Shown one piece after another: positions 19,042-29,208 of a DNA stretch of 64,000 bases. The DNA lies in the NCBI GenBank assembly GCA_016180195.1, contig JACPBS010000004.1, forward strand, positions 103,391-167,390. Direction: 5' to 3'. The translations under genes and the position numbers were made by a program. Under the pieces are notes generated by a model that was not told where the DNA came from, searched no databases, and was given only the letters and a program-made list of their open reading frames with translations. Each line of letters opens with the position of its first letter. Position 1 is the stretch's first letter. Source of the stretch: Candidatus Woesearchaeota archaeon. Its GTDB lineage: Archaea > Nanobdellota > Nanobdellia > Woesearchaeales > UBA10216.

Positions 19042-19341
19042 TTATTCGTTTTTTCGGGATAGCTTGCTAAGCCACAGCGTGACTATCACAACAGTTATTG
19101 TCACGAAGAGGGCATAAAGAAGTTTTGCTATTATTCCCTCCCCCTTTTCAATGGGAAAGTATTTGTCAAATAGCGCCTGGATTGCGCTGTTCCATGCCAG
19201 GGCAGCGATCAAGCCGAATGCTGATATCGCAAGCGCATTCATCCTGTCTACAACTTCCCTGCCTGTTTCCCTCACAGGTTCGGCCACTGGCAGGAAATGA
19301 TCGGGTTTTCTTCTTGCCATGGCTTTTTTAGGGCTTGGCAA
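19042..19341 (-). CDS. Small two-TM membrane protein (DUF5654-like)
   Basis: 'SAFGLIAALAWNSAI...YALFVT' pattern. Confidence 0.7.
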   Translation of the reverse strand: MPSPKKAMARRKPDHFLPVAEPVRETGREVVDRMNALAISAFGLIAALAWNSAIQALFDKYFPIEKGEGIIAKLLYALFVTITVVIVTLWLSKLSRKNE

Positions 19342-19371
19342 TTAATATTGGTTAGTTTGCTGATTTTGATT

Positions 19372-19623
19372 TTATCGCCATTTTGAATGGCCCCAGTGGA
19401 TTATTAAGTCAACGCCCAGCTTTTCTATATGCAAGGGCACATCGCATGCCCCGAAGCAGGTTCCTGCCCATATTAGAATCCTTGCGCCAGTCCTGGATTC
19501 AAGGTATCGCTGTATTTCAGCCGCCTTTGGCCTTAACCCTGATGGCAGCTGTATGCATACCAGGCTTGCGTTCTCCGACTTTATCTTGTCCACTGCTGCA
19601 TCTAGCTCCAGGTCGTATTGCAT
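19372..19623 (-). CDS. dph2: Diphthamide synthesis Dph2, stand-alone N-terminal domain
   Basis: IQLPSGLR, TCFGACD and IIHWGHS motifs; only 83 aa. Confidence 0.8.
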   Translation of the reverse strand: MQYDLELDAAVDKIKSENASLVCIQLPSGLRPKAAEIQRYLESRTGARILIWAGTCFGACDVPLHIEKLGVDLIIHWGHSKWR

Positions 19624-19747
19624 TTGAGTTAGAAAAATGATATGGCTTAAATCTGTTTTGGTTTTGAATAATCAAGCGCTCCTTCGAGGACAAGGAAATT
19701 CGTGCGAGGTGAATCCCGAACAACATCACCTGTGGCTAAAATTCAAC

Positions 19748-20179
19748 TCACCACCATCTTTGTTCAGGGAATTTTCTTGTCAAATCACCATTTGTTTCTT
19801 TTATTCTAGCTATTAGTCCTTCCCCGCAATCTTCTCGAAAATGTCTATCCATGTCTTTTGTAACCGTACCAGTTCCGCTTCGGAGTGCAATCTTCTTTGG
19901 TCTCTCAATAACCACTTGGTTCAGGATACCATTTCCTAGCCCTCCATTCGAATAGTGAATTTGGACATCTCCTTTTTCGGCTGCAAATCTTTCCTCGGTG
20001 CCCCATATTCCATAATCTATGGTGCTTCTTTCAACAGAATATCCACAACCCGTAAACATCTGTAATCGAGCTGCATTTAATCTTTCAAGTTCTGCCTGAT
20101 AGCCAGGAGTATTAACGTATCCAAAAAATCCAATAGCCGCTGCGGCAATTCCTGCCGTTAAATAATCAAAAAAACCCAT
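19748..20179 (-). CDS. Hypothetical membrane-anchored protein
   Basis: AGGAGG RBS and N-terminal hydrophobic anchor. Confidence 0.6.
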   Translation of the reverse strand: MGFFDYLTAGIAAAAIGFFGYVNTPGYQAELERLNAARLQMFTGCGYSVERSTIDYGIWGTEERFAAEKGDVQIHYSNGGLGNGILNQVVIERPKKIALRSGTGTVTKDMDRHFREDCGEGLIARIKETNGDLTRKFPEQRWW

Positions 20180-20197
20180 TTTAAGCCTCCTTTTTGT

Positions 20198-20383
20198 TTA
20201 TGCCATTACCTCATCAAGTTCTAACTTGCTTAGTTTCTTCTTGTTCAATATTGTTGCGAAGCTCTTGTTTCTTGATTTGTTTGCCTTCTTAAGCTCTTCT
20301 ATTGTTTCCTTGTCCGAGTCCTCTTCGTTGTCTATGAAGAGGTCGTAGTCTATGTCTTTCATGAGGGGTGTTTTGCCCCTCAA
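20198..20383 (-). CDS. Small hypothetical protein
   Basis: Charged 61 aa ORF, co-oriented with its neighbours. Confidence 0.45.
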   Translation of the reverse strand: MRGKTPLMKDIDYDLFIDNEEDSDKETIEELKKANKSRNKSFATILNKKKLSKLELDEVMA

Positions 20384-20398
20384 TTTATAAATCTTTCG

Positions 20399-20731
20399 CT
20401 ACTTGGAAGTAGTCAAATTATTTTCTCTTTGGTAGGGGTATCTGGTGTATTTTTTGCATGCCCTGCAGTAATACACAACCTTGCCTTTTGCAAGCCTTAT
20501 CCTGGAGTTTGAAGAAGTGAAGTATGTATTGCAGTGCTTGCAGAACCTTATCTTAAGCTCCTTTGGGAGCCTTATCTTGTGCTTCATGGCCAATCTCCTG
20601 GCCTTCCTTACGTTCCTGTCCGCAACTTTTTGTATTGCTGTTTCTGATTTTTTGAACAATTCCTTTATTTTCTTATCTGCTTCCTCTTTTTTTGCCTGCT
20701 TTAGTTTTTGAAAATATCCCTTGCTTTTCAT
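20399..20731 (-). CDS. rnp4: RNase P protein component 4 (Rpp21)
   Basis: ARRLAMKHKIRLP..K.RFCKHC...RIRL...YCRACKKYTRYP. Confidence 0.9.
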   Translation of the reverse strand: MKSKGYFQKLKQAKKEEADKKIKELFKKSETAIQKVADRNVRKARRLAMKHKIRLPKELKIRFCKHCNTYFTSSNSRIRLAKGKVVYYCRACKKYTRYPYQRENNLTTSK

Positions 20732-20795
20732 GCTGCTCTCCTTGATTCCAAAGAACGAGTTTTTAACAAGAAAAGGCCTATAAATATTATTCGGG

Positions 20796-21041
20796 CTAGG
20801 CTGTTCCGAGCTTTGCGCAGCATACCATGCCTTCGCCCTTGCAGTTGAAGCTTACCTGCACTTCAGTTCCTGCAAAGCATGAATCTTTGCATGTGCCTTT
20901 GACAGGCTCGCAGCTGTTTGTGTTGTTTAGCCAGTTTCCCATGGCTCCTGTGAAAATAAGTATGAGCACTACCAGCACAGTAAGTGCTATTAGTGCGATG
21001 ATTATGGTGTTTATCGAAAGTCCTTGTGCTTTTTTGTCCAT
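20796..21041 (-). CDS. Short type IV pilin-like protein (class III signal peptide)
   Basis: MDKKAQ-GLSINTIIIALIAL.. followed by a small six-Cys domain. Confidence 0.75.
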   Translation of the reverse strand: MDKKAQGLSINTIIIALIALTVLVVLILIFTGAMGNWLNNTNSCEPVKGTCKDSCFAGTEVQVSFNCKGEGMVCCAKLGTA

Positions 21042-21087
21042 TATGTGCGCCTTTTTTGTTTTTTTGTCGCTTATTTATATATAAACT

Positions 21088-21603
21088 TTATGATTTGGTG
21101 CATATATTGAGCACTGTGAATACTGTTCCGTATTCTGTTGGGAGGGGATATATTACCTGGGTCTTGTCCTGCCTGCACATTCGCTGGTTGCTCACGTCCT
21201 CGATCACTGCTTTTCCGGGGGCACAGTTTTTCAGGTCCTTGCTGCATAGGTAAAACTCATATTCCTTTTTCCTGGGCTTTAGCGAGCCTTCAAGTATGCC
21301 TTTTATTACTGTTTCCGCCTTTTGGCAGTATGTTATTGTGTTGTCAGCACACCTGTTTGGGAGTTCCGGGGGTGTTGAGCAGTCCTGGATCAGTTCCTTG
21401 AGTTCAACCCCTACCTTGCATTCGTTCACTTCAAGCTTGTCTGAAAGCAGCGTGTTGAGGAATGCGGTTGCAACCTGTTTGTCCCCTGCGTCAGACAGTA
21501 TTTTTGGCTCCTTTATTAGGAATTTCATTGCGAATACCATTCCGATTATCATTATGAGGACTATTATTGCGAGCCCTATCATCTCTGTCTGCGCCCTACT
21601 CAT
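21088..21603 (-). CDS. Pilin-like protein (class III signal peptide)
   Basis: MSRAQ-TEMIGLAIIVLIMIIG. Confidence 0.7.
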   Translation of the reverse strand: MSRAQTEMIGLAIIVLIMIIGMVFAMKFLIKEPKILSDAGDKQVATAFLNTLLSDKLEVNECKVGVELKELIQDCSTPPELPNRCADNTITYCQKAETVIKGILEGSLKPRKKEYEFYLCSKDLKNCAPGKAVIEDVSNQRMCRQDKTQVIYPLPTEYGTVFTVLNICTKS

Positions 21604-22069
21604 ATGCGTCCACCGTTAGTATCGCGAAGCTGGTTCCGGTTAGCGGGTCATTTAGTGCAACAGGAACCCATATGGATTGCTTTGATGTTGTTGCCGGATT
21701 TTTCCTGGAATAAACCTGTACCTTGCCTTTACTGGGGTATATTTTTTCAAGGGTTATTTCGCTGTATCTGAATACCTCAAAATATTGGTTTTTCGGGACT
21801 GATCCAGAACTGAATGCTGTTATTTTGCTCTCGTCAAAGCAGTATGTCTTGCCGTTACATTGGAGTTCTGGCAGGTTCAGTGCTGATTTTGCGATTTTGA
21901 TGGCTTTTGCGTTCTTCTCCTCCATGTATTTGGTTTCCGTGTTGCTTTTCTGCATGTTGGCGTAAAACACGAAGCCGAATGCCACTAGCATGAAGAATAT
22001 GAGTATTACAGCTATTGTTTCCAGCATTCTTGTCTGGGCTTTTTTCTGCTTTAGTATATTGTTGGGCAT
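21596..22069 (-). CDS. Pilin-like protein (class III signal peptide)
   Basis: KKAQ-TRMLETIAVILIFF; start moved to the ATG at 22069. Confidence 0.7.
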   Translation of the reverse strand: MPNNILKQKKAQTRMLETIAVILIFFMLVAFGFVFYANMQKSNTETKYMEEKNAKAIKIAKSALNLPELQCNGKTYCFDESKITAFSSGSVPKNQYFEVFRYSEITLEKIYPSKGKVQVYSRKNPATTSKQSIWVPVALNDPLTGTSFAILTVDAYE

Positions 22070-23019
22070 GACTGAAGTAGCGCATCCCTGTTTTGCTGGT
22101 CTAGGGCTGCCTTTGCCTCCTTTAGCTCTTCGATTCCTATGTTTTGTTTCTTTAGCTTGTCTATTTGGGCTATGCCGTATTTGTCCTTGCATTTTTCATC
22201 GTTTTCGAATGTTTTTGCGAGTTGTTCTGCTTTTATTGAATATATTGCGCTTACTGAGTTCATTCTCTGGTATGCTTTCATCATGGAGCATTCAAAATCC
22301 TTTTTGTTCCCTGAGTATATGGCCGCTACCATCATTGCTTTACCTGTGTACTGGATCTCATTGTTCGGTTGGAATATTATTTTCCCTTCCTCCAGGTCTG
22401 AGGTTTCTGGTATTACCTGGATTTGAATTAGCTCTTTTGGCCTGGGTTGGGGGGCTGCTGGCTGTATTCCCGCGCCTATCACTACAACGCGGTTTGCGTT
22501 TTTGGTCTGTATCGGCCTGCTGGCGTCTTGTATTGCCTTGTTGGACTGCTCGGGAAGTTCCCTGTATATCTGTTCCGCTACGTTTCTTGTGTCCGCGTCA
22601 TTGTACAGGACAACATATCTTGTGTCATTTGCTGTGAGGTATATGAAGTTGGATGCTTTGAATGGCACGTTCCACTCGTTCGTCATGGCTATGATTTCAT
22701 TGCTCTTGATTGATTTTGGCGAGAATACAGGCTCTGTTGGCTCAAGGGGGCTGGTCTGGCCTATCTTTATGTATGTTTTTCCTGAATCGCAATTTACCTT
22801 CAAGTCTATTCCCGGCAGGCGTACCAGTTGGGAGCTTCTGGAGGGCTGGAACATGAGCTCGTCTATGGTCTTAAGCTCTTCTTCTGCACGGCTTTTTTCC
22901 ATCTCGTTTTTTTGCCTTATTCCTATGGTTGCAAAGAACGCTATTATGACTGAGCCCGCTATTAGGACATATATCCAGTTGACTTGTTCGCCTAGCATAC
23001 CTTTCTTTTTCATGTGCAT
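22051..23019 (-). CDS. Pilin-like protein (class III signal peptide)
   Basis: KKKG-MLGEQVNWIYVLIAGSVII. Confidence 0.65.
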   Translation of the reverse strand: MHMKKKGMLGEQVNWIYVLIAGSVIIAFFATIGIRQKNEMEKSRAEEELKTIDELMFQPSRSSQLVRLPGIDLKVNCDSGKTYIKIGQTSPLEPTEPVFSPKSIKSNEIIAMTNEWNVPFKASNFIYLTANDTRYVVLYNDADTRNVAEQIYRELPEQSNKAIQDASRPIQTKNANRVVVIGAGIQPAAPQPRPKELIQIQVIPETSDLEEGKIIFQPNNEIQYTGKAMMVAAIYSGNKKDFECSMMKAYQRMNSVSAIYSIKAEQLAKTFENDEKCKDKYGIAQIDKLKKQNIGIEELKEAKAALDQQNRDALLQSCPTIY

Positions 23020-23513
23020 AATGTCAGTGTTGTTTCAGTGGATGGTGATTGCATGATGTAGGTTTTGTCGCCGCATCCGAAAAGGTCTATTGCAATCTTC
23101 CCTTTTCTAGTTTCAATGCATTCGTATCCGGTTTTCACGGCCAGATCCTCGATGAGGAACCATTCGTTGTCGCATTTTCCCTGCTTTGGGGTTAGGAAAG
23201 TGTTCGTTGTTTTTGTTTTTGCGCTATCCCTGATTATGCGGTTTGTTATTAGCTGGGGGTCTTTTTCGAGGTCCGCAAAGCATACGGATGTGTACTCTGG
23301 TGGCAGGTAGAATGGCTTGTTCTTTTTCTCGGTTCCGTATCCCTGGGCATCCTTTACTGCATTGGATATCTTGCTTTTGAACTGTGATACTTCCCCGCAT
23401 TTGCCCATGTTTGTAAGCTGTGTCACGGCTTTCCATCCGAAAATCAGGACAAGGCTTACTACTAGCATGGCGAATATGTATATGAAGATCTGCCCTGATA
23501 CTTGGGCTTTCAT
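23010..23513 (-). CDS. Pilin-like protein (class III signal peptide)
   Basis: MKAQ-VSGQIFIYIFAMLVV. Confidence 0.7.
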   Translation of the reverse strand: MKAQVSGQIFIYIFAMLVVSLVLIFGWKAVTQLTNMGKCGEVSQFKSKISNAVKDAQGYGTEKKNKPFYLPPEYTSVCFADLEKDPQLITNRIIRDSAKTKTTNTFLTPKQGKCDNEWFLIEDLAVKTGYECIETRKGKIAIDLFGCGDKTYIMQSPSTETTLTLCT

Positions 23514-26500
23514 TTTTTCTTCCCTTTTATTTCTGAGGTCTTGCTTTTCAATTTTTTGAATACATCGTCTTCATCAGGCTTTTTTTCTTCCGGTGCGGCT
23601 TCGAACTGCTTTATGACGTCCTTTCTTTTTTGCTCCAGGTCCTTCTCCCTTTTCTTGAGGATTGCGTGTTCTGTTTCAGGCCTTATCCTTTGCTGCGGTG
23701 GTGTTGGGGGCTGTATCCTCATAGGGGTGAATGGCTGGTTTTCATTCTGTTTTGAGGGCTTGGCGTTTTTCTTCTTCAGGAGCCTGTATGTTACAGCGGC
23801 TATTCCGATCAGCGTGATTATTCCCAGTGCCCAGAATATGAGCTTTGTGTTTATGCCGCCTGTTGATGCCTTTTCCTCGTCACACTCATCCCCAAAGCCG
23901 TCATCATCAGTGTCTTTCTGGTCTGGATTGCGGTCGTTTACGCAGTTGTCCGCGTTGTCGTTCACTCCATCTCCATCAGTGTCCTTGTCCTGACCATCAT
24001 CATCCTGCTTGCATTTTCCGGCCAGGCATTTTCCTGACTTGCAGTCTGTCTCTTCTGTGCATTGCTTTCCGGAATCGCACTTCTTTCCCTTCAAAGAGCA
24101 TTGGTTTCCGCAGTCAACATCAGATTCCGTGGCTGCATCAAGCCTGTTGTTTGAGCATGTGTCCTGTGTTGATGAGCATTTCTGGTTCGCGCAGCTGAAT
24201 GACATGCAGTCCTTGTCGCTGATGCATGCCTTCGTGTTCTCGCAGCCAACACAGTTGCCTCCGCAGTCTATGTCGGTCTCGTTCTGGTTTTTAATGTAGT
24301 CGAAGCATGTTGGTCTTGTGCATGTCCTGTTCACGCATGATCCGCTTTCGCAGTCCCGGTCTATGCTGCAGGTGTTGCATGCGCTACATTCCCTGCCTCC
24401 GCAATCTATTCCTGTTTCATCAGCATCCTTTCTTCTGTTTGTGCAGTGATCGGAGTCTGATGAGAATGACACATAGACGCCATCGCTTTTACCGGTTCTG
24501 CTCCATAGGTTTGCGTTATTGAGCGCCATGACATTGATGTAGTACTCGTTTCGGTCGGTGAGGTTCAGGTTTCTTATTGTTTCCCTGTTTCTGGTTGTGT
24601 TCACCCAGTTAAGGATGATTTTATCTGTGCTTTTTTCGACAACTTGGTATTGGTACAGCTTTATCCCTGATTCCGGGTCTGTTGAGTTCCATGATGCTGT
24701 AAGCTGCCTTCGATCATTTGATGTTTCGCCGTCATCAATTATTGGGGAAGTGGGTGCTGTTTCATCTATTGTAAACTCTGCCGCGGCTTCCCTTGTTTCC
24801 TTGTTCGGGAACGTGCACCTGATGTGATACCTGTAGGCTCCTGGCTGAAGGTGCAGCCTTGTCTGGTGTATTACGCCTTTTCTTCCGAACGAGCTGTTCC
24901 CTGTATAGATGCTATTGTTAGCGTAAATGCATTCAGCTTCCTTGTTTGTTGTTGCAGTCAGGTCTGCGCTCCTTGTTGAGTAGTATTCCTTGTATTCCAG
25001 GGTGAGCTGCGGGCTTAAATGTGCATTCACGGTTATTGTTATTGTCTTGTTCTCAGATAATGACCCTGCCTTGTTTTTGCACGTTACAAAAATGGTGTTT
25101 TGCCCGTTTTCGAGCTGCGTGCTTGTCATGTTCTGCTGTACCTGCTTGCTGTATGATTCGGGAATGTCTTCGTCAGTGCCCTCAAACAAGGTCATGTCCT
25201 CATACTTCATCTCGTTCTTGGAATGCCTGCATGCGACTTCCTGGTCAGATTCTACTGTGAGGTTGGAGACCACTGGCTCTGCCCATATTATTTGGGGGTT
25301 GGCGAATAGTTTTATGGTAGGGTTGCTTTCTATTAGCTGTATCCTGGCTGTTTTTGACGCGACATCCCCCCCGAAATCCTTGCATTTGATGTATATGGGC
25401 ACGTTTACTGTGGAGAACCTTCTTATTGAGTGAAGCATGTTGCCTTGCGTCGTGAAGAATGTATGCATTGAGTCGTATGGGGTGTCGCTTGTTGAAAGCT
25501 TGCATGTGGCCTGCTTGTTGGTCTCCACGGCAAGGTCGTATATCCTTGTCATTGTCGCCATCAGCCTTGGCTCGATTATGCTTATTTCGAGGTTTGCCTC
25601 TGCTCTGATAGGAGTCATTACTACCCTGAGTATTCGCTTTTCAGAGGGATTTATCAATACCTCTCCAAAGGAGTCATTGTAGCCCTGTTTTGTTATGTTG
25701 TATTTGTGTATTCCCGGGGTCAGTCCTGTTATTGTTACCGGGGTTATCAGCTTTTCCGCGCCGTCGATGGATGCCTCTGCAAAAATCCCTTTTTCTGTTG
25801 CTGCATCTGTTGTTAGTATTGACAGGTTTCCTGTTCCTGCCGGGCCGGGTAGCGGTGTCAGGCTTATGTTGAGGTTCGTATTTGAGTTTACGATGATTTC
25901 AAAATTCCCGGTTGCTGTCCTGTATCCTGATTTTGATATGGTAAACGTGTGTGTCCCTTTTTGCATGCCTGATTTAGTCATAGGTGTTGTGCCTGAATTT
26001 TCGCCGTCTATGGAAATGTCAGCCATTATGCCGATTCCTATTGTGCTGTCATGCGCGCTTGCTGTCAGGTTTCCTGTGTTTGGTGGTGGCGGAAGTGCGC
26101 TGATTGTCGCGTCTATTCTTGTTGTTTCCGCAGGCCTGATTGTGAATTTGCCTGTTGTGGTTTTGTATCCTTTCTTTTGGATCTGGTAATTGTGTTCGCC
26201 GGTTCTTAGCGATGCTGTAAGGGGTGATAGCCCTTTGTGCTTGCCGTCAACATAGATATCTGCGGCTATCAGATCGCTGTTCTGGCCGTCTTTTACTGAG
26301 ATGGACAGGGTTCCTTCTGAAGGTATGACTAGTATGTCTATTGATGCTTTCTTTACTCGTTCGAGGTTCTTGTTTTCATCCACGCTGTAGAAGCTGAACT
26401 GGTTGTTTCCATTGGTCACAATGCCCAGGTCCGCAAGTTCCTGTATGCTTATGAGTTTTTGTGTGGTGCTGTATGGAAAGGTTGATGCATCATCGCATTG

Positions 26501-28210
26501 CTGGGAGTCCTTTTCCACACAAATGTATGTTGTAAGCGTGCTCGCTTCCTTTCCGTAATCGGTGGTGTTCTTCCTGTCATATGTCACTATCCTGATTTTT
26601 TTATCTTCTTTTATCAGCTCTGTTGAGGGTGGGAAGTAGTCCGCCTCGCATATTGAGTTTTGGCAGTCTTCCTTTGGGTCCCTGTCCGCATTCTTTTTGC
26701 ATGTTCCTGAGGCGCTTTCCACTGCCCCGTACCATTTGCATGCATTGAGCCCGCATTCATCATACTGGTTCGGGACCAGGTAATTGTCTTCTGAGATGCT
26801 GAGTGGTGTGTGCAGGTCGCATTCATCCCTGCTGAAGTCGAGGCATATTCGGTCACAATTTTGCTGTATTGCACTGCAGTCGAACAGGTTGGTTGAAAGT
26901 GATTTCAGCTTTTCCGGGCTGCATGCTTCAAATATTTCATTGTACGCCCTGTTGCTTTCGATACCGATTGTGCCCTCAGGCCTGTCAAAGCACCAATCGC
27001 AGTTGTTTTTTTGCAGGTCTATGCAAGCCCCTGTACCCAGTTTATCGTTTACCGGTTTCCACTCGCAACTTCCTATTCCGCAGTTGTTTGTTTCGCATGA
27101 GTCTCTTGTCTTGTAGTCATAGCAGCTCATCTTAAGCGTGCAGTTGTAGCAGGCATTCACGTTTCCCTGTGACTTGTCATAGAAGCAGTATTTTCCATCC
27201 TCGCAGCCAGCCTTCGACATGAAGAGTCCGAATGGCTTCCCTATTTCAGAGCATGTTGTCCTATCAATGCATTTTGCCTCGTCTTGGGGGGTTACAGTGC
27301 ATACCTGGTTGGACACGCATTGTGGCCTTGACTGCTTGAGGACGTTGTTGTCATCGCACCTCATGGCTGTGTTGAATTTGCTGCTGAAGTCGTTCACAAC
27401 CTTTTCAGAAAAGTCCGCTTCATCTGAAGGGTATTTTAGCACGGATATCAGGTATCCTTTTATCGGGTCATCTGTGTACAAGTATTCGTGTACGCAGAAG
27501 TTGCTGTTGCTGTATCTTTTCCAGCACTCGATATCGCCTGTATATGCGTATTTTGTGATGCTGTGGTATTTGTCGTTTATTTTCGCGGTTACGTTATATG
27601 TGTAAAATTCCATCCATTCCAGCGAGGGATCTGTGTCCTTGTAGTAGCTTGCATAGATCGTTCCCGATAGGGGCTGGAAGTTTTTGCAGTTTTTGCCCTT
27701 GCACCTGGAAATTTTATATGAAGTGGCCTCGCATTGGCTCTGCCAGTTTAGGTCAATTTGTTTCTCTCCTTTTATGCTGTTCGCTGTCAGGGTTAATCCG
27801 GATGCGCACCCAGTGTCTGGTGGTGTTCCTGTTCCGCATATCTCTGTGCAGCTCCTTGCCTCGTTTGGGCCTGGCTTGAATGTCTCGTTGCAGGCTGCCC
27901 CGTATGTCGGGGATGCTGTGTTGTCCGAGTAGCAGCAGCATCCAACTGTTGAGCAGAGATTTGTGTTTTCGCATAAGTTATTTGATTTGAAGAAGTACTG
28001 GATGCATGACTGCTTGCTTGTAACGTTTTGTTGGTAATACGATGGGAAGGCAGCGGGTTCGGGGCAGCATTCTTCCTGCTCGGCGTCAGTGCATGTTGCA
28101 GGGGGATTCGGGTTTGTGCAGCACCCCTGGACTGCTCCTGCAATTTTTATTGCGGCAGCCAGGGCAAGGATCAGTGCAGCTAATATCGTGATTTTCGCGG
28201 CTTTGTTCAT
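23510..28210 (-). CDS. Giant Cys-rich surface protein (FN3/Ig-like, three PEGA-like domains, ETDxDCG repeats, TSP3-like repeats, C-terminal TM anchor)
   Basis: Signal peptide; three 'A.I.IDG...G.TP.T...L..G.H...I.K.GY' units; DPESGI; DTDGDGVNDNADNC..NPDQKDTDDDGFGDECD; TM helix followed by a basic tail. Confidence 0.85.
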   Translation of the reverse strand: MNKAAKITILAALILALAAAIKIAGAVQGCCTNPNPPATCTDAEQEECCPEPAAFPSYYQQNVTSKQSCIQYFFKSNNLCENTNLCSTVGCCCYSDNTASPTYGAACNETFKPGPNEARSCTEICGTGTPPDTGCASGLTLTANSIKGEKQIDLNWQSQCEATSYKISRCKGKNCKNFQPLSGTIYASYYKDTDPSLEWMEFYTYNVTAKINDKYHSITKYAYTGDIECWKRYSNSNFCVHEYLYTDDPIKGYLISVLKYPSDEADFSEKVVNDFSSKFNTAMRCDDNNVLKQSRPQCVSNQVCTVTPQDEAKCIDRTTCSEIGKPFGLFMSKAGCEDGKYCFYDKSQGNVNACYNCTLKMSCYDYKTRDSCETNNCGIGSCEWKPVNDKLGTGACIDLQKNNCDWCFDRPEGTIGIESNRAYNEIFEACSPEKLKSLSTNLFDCSAIQQNCDRICLDFSRDECDLHTPLSISEDNYLVPNQYDECGLNACKWYGAVESASGTCKKNADRDPKEDCQNSICEADYFPPSTELIKEDKKIRIVTYDRKNTTDYGKEASTLTTYICVEKDSQQCDDASTFPYSTTQKLISIQELADLGIVTNGNNQFSFYSVDENKNLERVKKASIDILVIPSEGTLSISVKDGQNSDLIAADIYVDGKHKGLSPLTASLRTGEHNYQIQKKGYKTTTGKFTIRPAETTRIDATISALPPPPNTGNLTASAHDSTIGIGIMADISIDGENSGTTPMTKSGMQKGTHTFTISKSGYRTATGNFEIIVNSNTNLNISLTPLPGPAGTGNLSILTTDAATEKGIFAEASIDGAEKLITPVTITGLTPGIHKYNITKQGYNDSFGEVLINPSEKRILRVVMTPIRAEANLEISIIEPRLMATMTRIYDLAVETNKQATCKLSTSDTPYDSMHTFFTTQGNMLHSIRRFSTVNVPIYIKCKDFGGDVASKTARIQLIESNPTIKLFANPQIIWAEPVVSNLTVESDQEVACRHSKNEMKYEDMTLFEGTDEDIPESYSKQVQQNMTSTQLENGQNTIFVTCKNKAGSLSENKTITITVNAHLSPQLTLEYKEYYSTRSADLTATTNKEAECIYANNSIYTGNSSFGRKGVIHQTRLHLQPGAYRYHIRCTFPNKETREAAAEFTIDETAPTSPIIDDGETSNDRRQLTASWNSTDPESGIKLYQYQVVEKSTDKIILNWVNTTRNRETIRNLNLTDRNEYYINVMALNNANLWSRTGKSDGVYVSFSSDSDHCTNRRKDADETGIDCGGRECSACNTCSIDRDCESGSCVNRTCTRPTCFDYIKNQNETDIDCGGNCVGCENTKACISDKDCMSFSCANQKCSSTQDTCSNNRLDAATESDVDCGNQCSLKGKKCDSGKQCTEETDCKSGKCLAGKCKQDDDGQDKDTDGDGVNDNADNCVNDRNPDQKDTDDDGFGDECDEEKASTGGINTKLIFWALGIITLIGIAAVTYRLLKKKNAKPSKQNENQPFTPMRIQPPTPPQQRIRPETEHAILKKREKDLEQKRKDVIKQFEAAPEEKKPDEDDVFKKLKSKTSEIKGKKK

Positions 28211-29208
28211 GTGGTGCACTCCTGTGAATCGGTGAACTGGCTGTCAGTTACGGTTATCCTGTTCGCTGACAGTTGCTTGTCAAGATCATCTTCATCAGGG
28301 TCGTATGCTATTATTCTGTTGATATCTGAAGGGCATGTGCTAGCATATTTGATTGCAGGCATCCTGTTCTGCCTTGCGAAGGAGAATTTCATTCCCGTTT
28401 CAGGTTCCTGGATGATTATTACGTCATCATGCTGGAACACGTCCTTTTCTATGCTGATTGCAAATCCGTTCATCTCGAGATTGTTTGAGAGGTTGAAAAG
28501 GAAATCCTGGTTGTCCTGGTCTATGATGTATCTCGCGGTTTCATGCATTTTCCCAAGGCTGCTTCTGGTTGATGTTTGGAAACCGCGCAGCTTGAATAAC
28601 GCTCCGCTTGCTGTGTCTGCAATTTCCATCGGGAATTTTAGCCTGACTGCAACTTCTGTGTTCGTGATTGTGACTGTCGCTTTTGGGCTTGAGAAGTTTA
28701 CATCATATCCCTTTACGTTGTCCGAAAAACTGCATTCTGCGCCCATTTTGTTTTCGATGAAGAATTCAAGTTGCCTTTCCAGTTGTCTTTTTGTCTGAAG
28801 GCTTGATGCTCCTATGGAGTATTTGAATGATTGTGATGCTGGCGGGGTCAGGGGGAATAGTTTCCAAGGGTATTCCGGCTTTGGCGCTGCTCTCTTTATC
28901 AGGTAATGCAGGGGTTTGTTGTTGTAGATGAGGTGCGTCTTTCCTATGTTTTTTTGTTCAGGGTCAATCGTTGAGCCTCCCTCGCTCTTGAACAGGTATC
29001 CTGCTTGGGCGCCTGATTGCCTGACCCCTCTTTCCAGGAATCCTTTAAGGCATTCGCTTGTATAAGTTGCTACCGGGGATGCGTCTCCGTGAATAGGCTC
29101 CTTCCTTGCTTTTGCCTCCTTTAGGATGTAGAGCAGTATTCCTGACGCTATGAGGACCAATATTCCTGTGATAATGAAAAGGGTGATTTGTGATTTTTTT
29201 GTTTTCAT
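28207..29208 (-). CDS. Pilin-like protein (class III signal peptide)
   Basis: KKSQ-ITLFIITGILVLI; C-terminal AYDPDEDDL. Confidence 0.7.
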   Translation of the reverse strand: MKTKKSQITLFIITGILVLIASGILLYILKEAKARKEPIHGDASPVATYTSECLKGFLERGVRQSGAQAGYLFKSEGGSTIDPEQKNIGKTHLIYNNKPLHYLIKRAAPKPEYPWKLFPLTPPASQSFKYSIGASSLQTKRQLERQLEFFIENKMGAECSFSDNVKGYDVNFSSPKATVTITNTEVAVRLKFPMEIADTASGALFKLRGFQTSTRSSLGKMHETARYIIDQDNQDFLFNLSNNLEMNGFAISIEKDVFQHDDVIIIQEPETGMKFSFARQNRMPAIKYASTCPSDINRIIAYDPDEDDLDKQLSANRITVTDSQFTDSQECTT

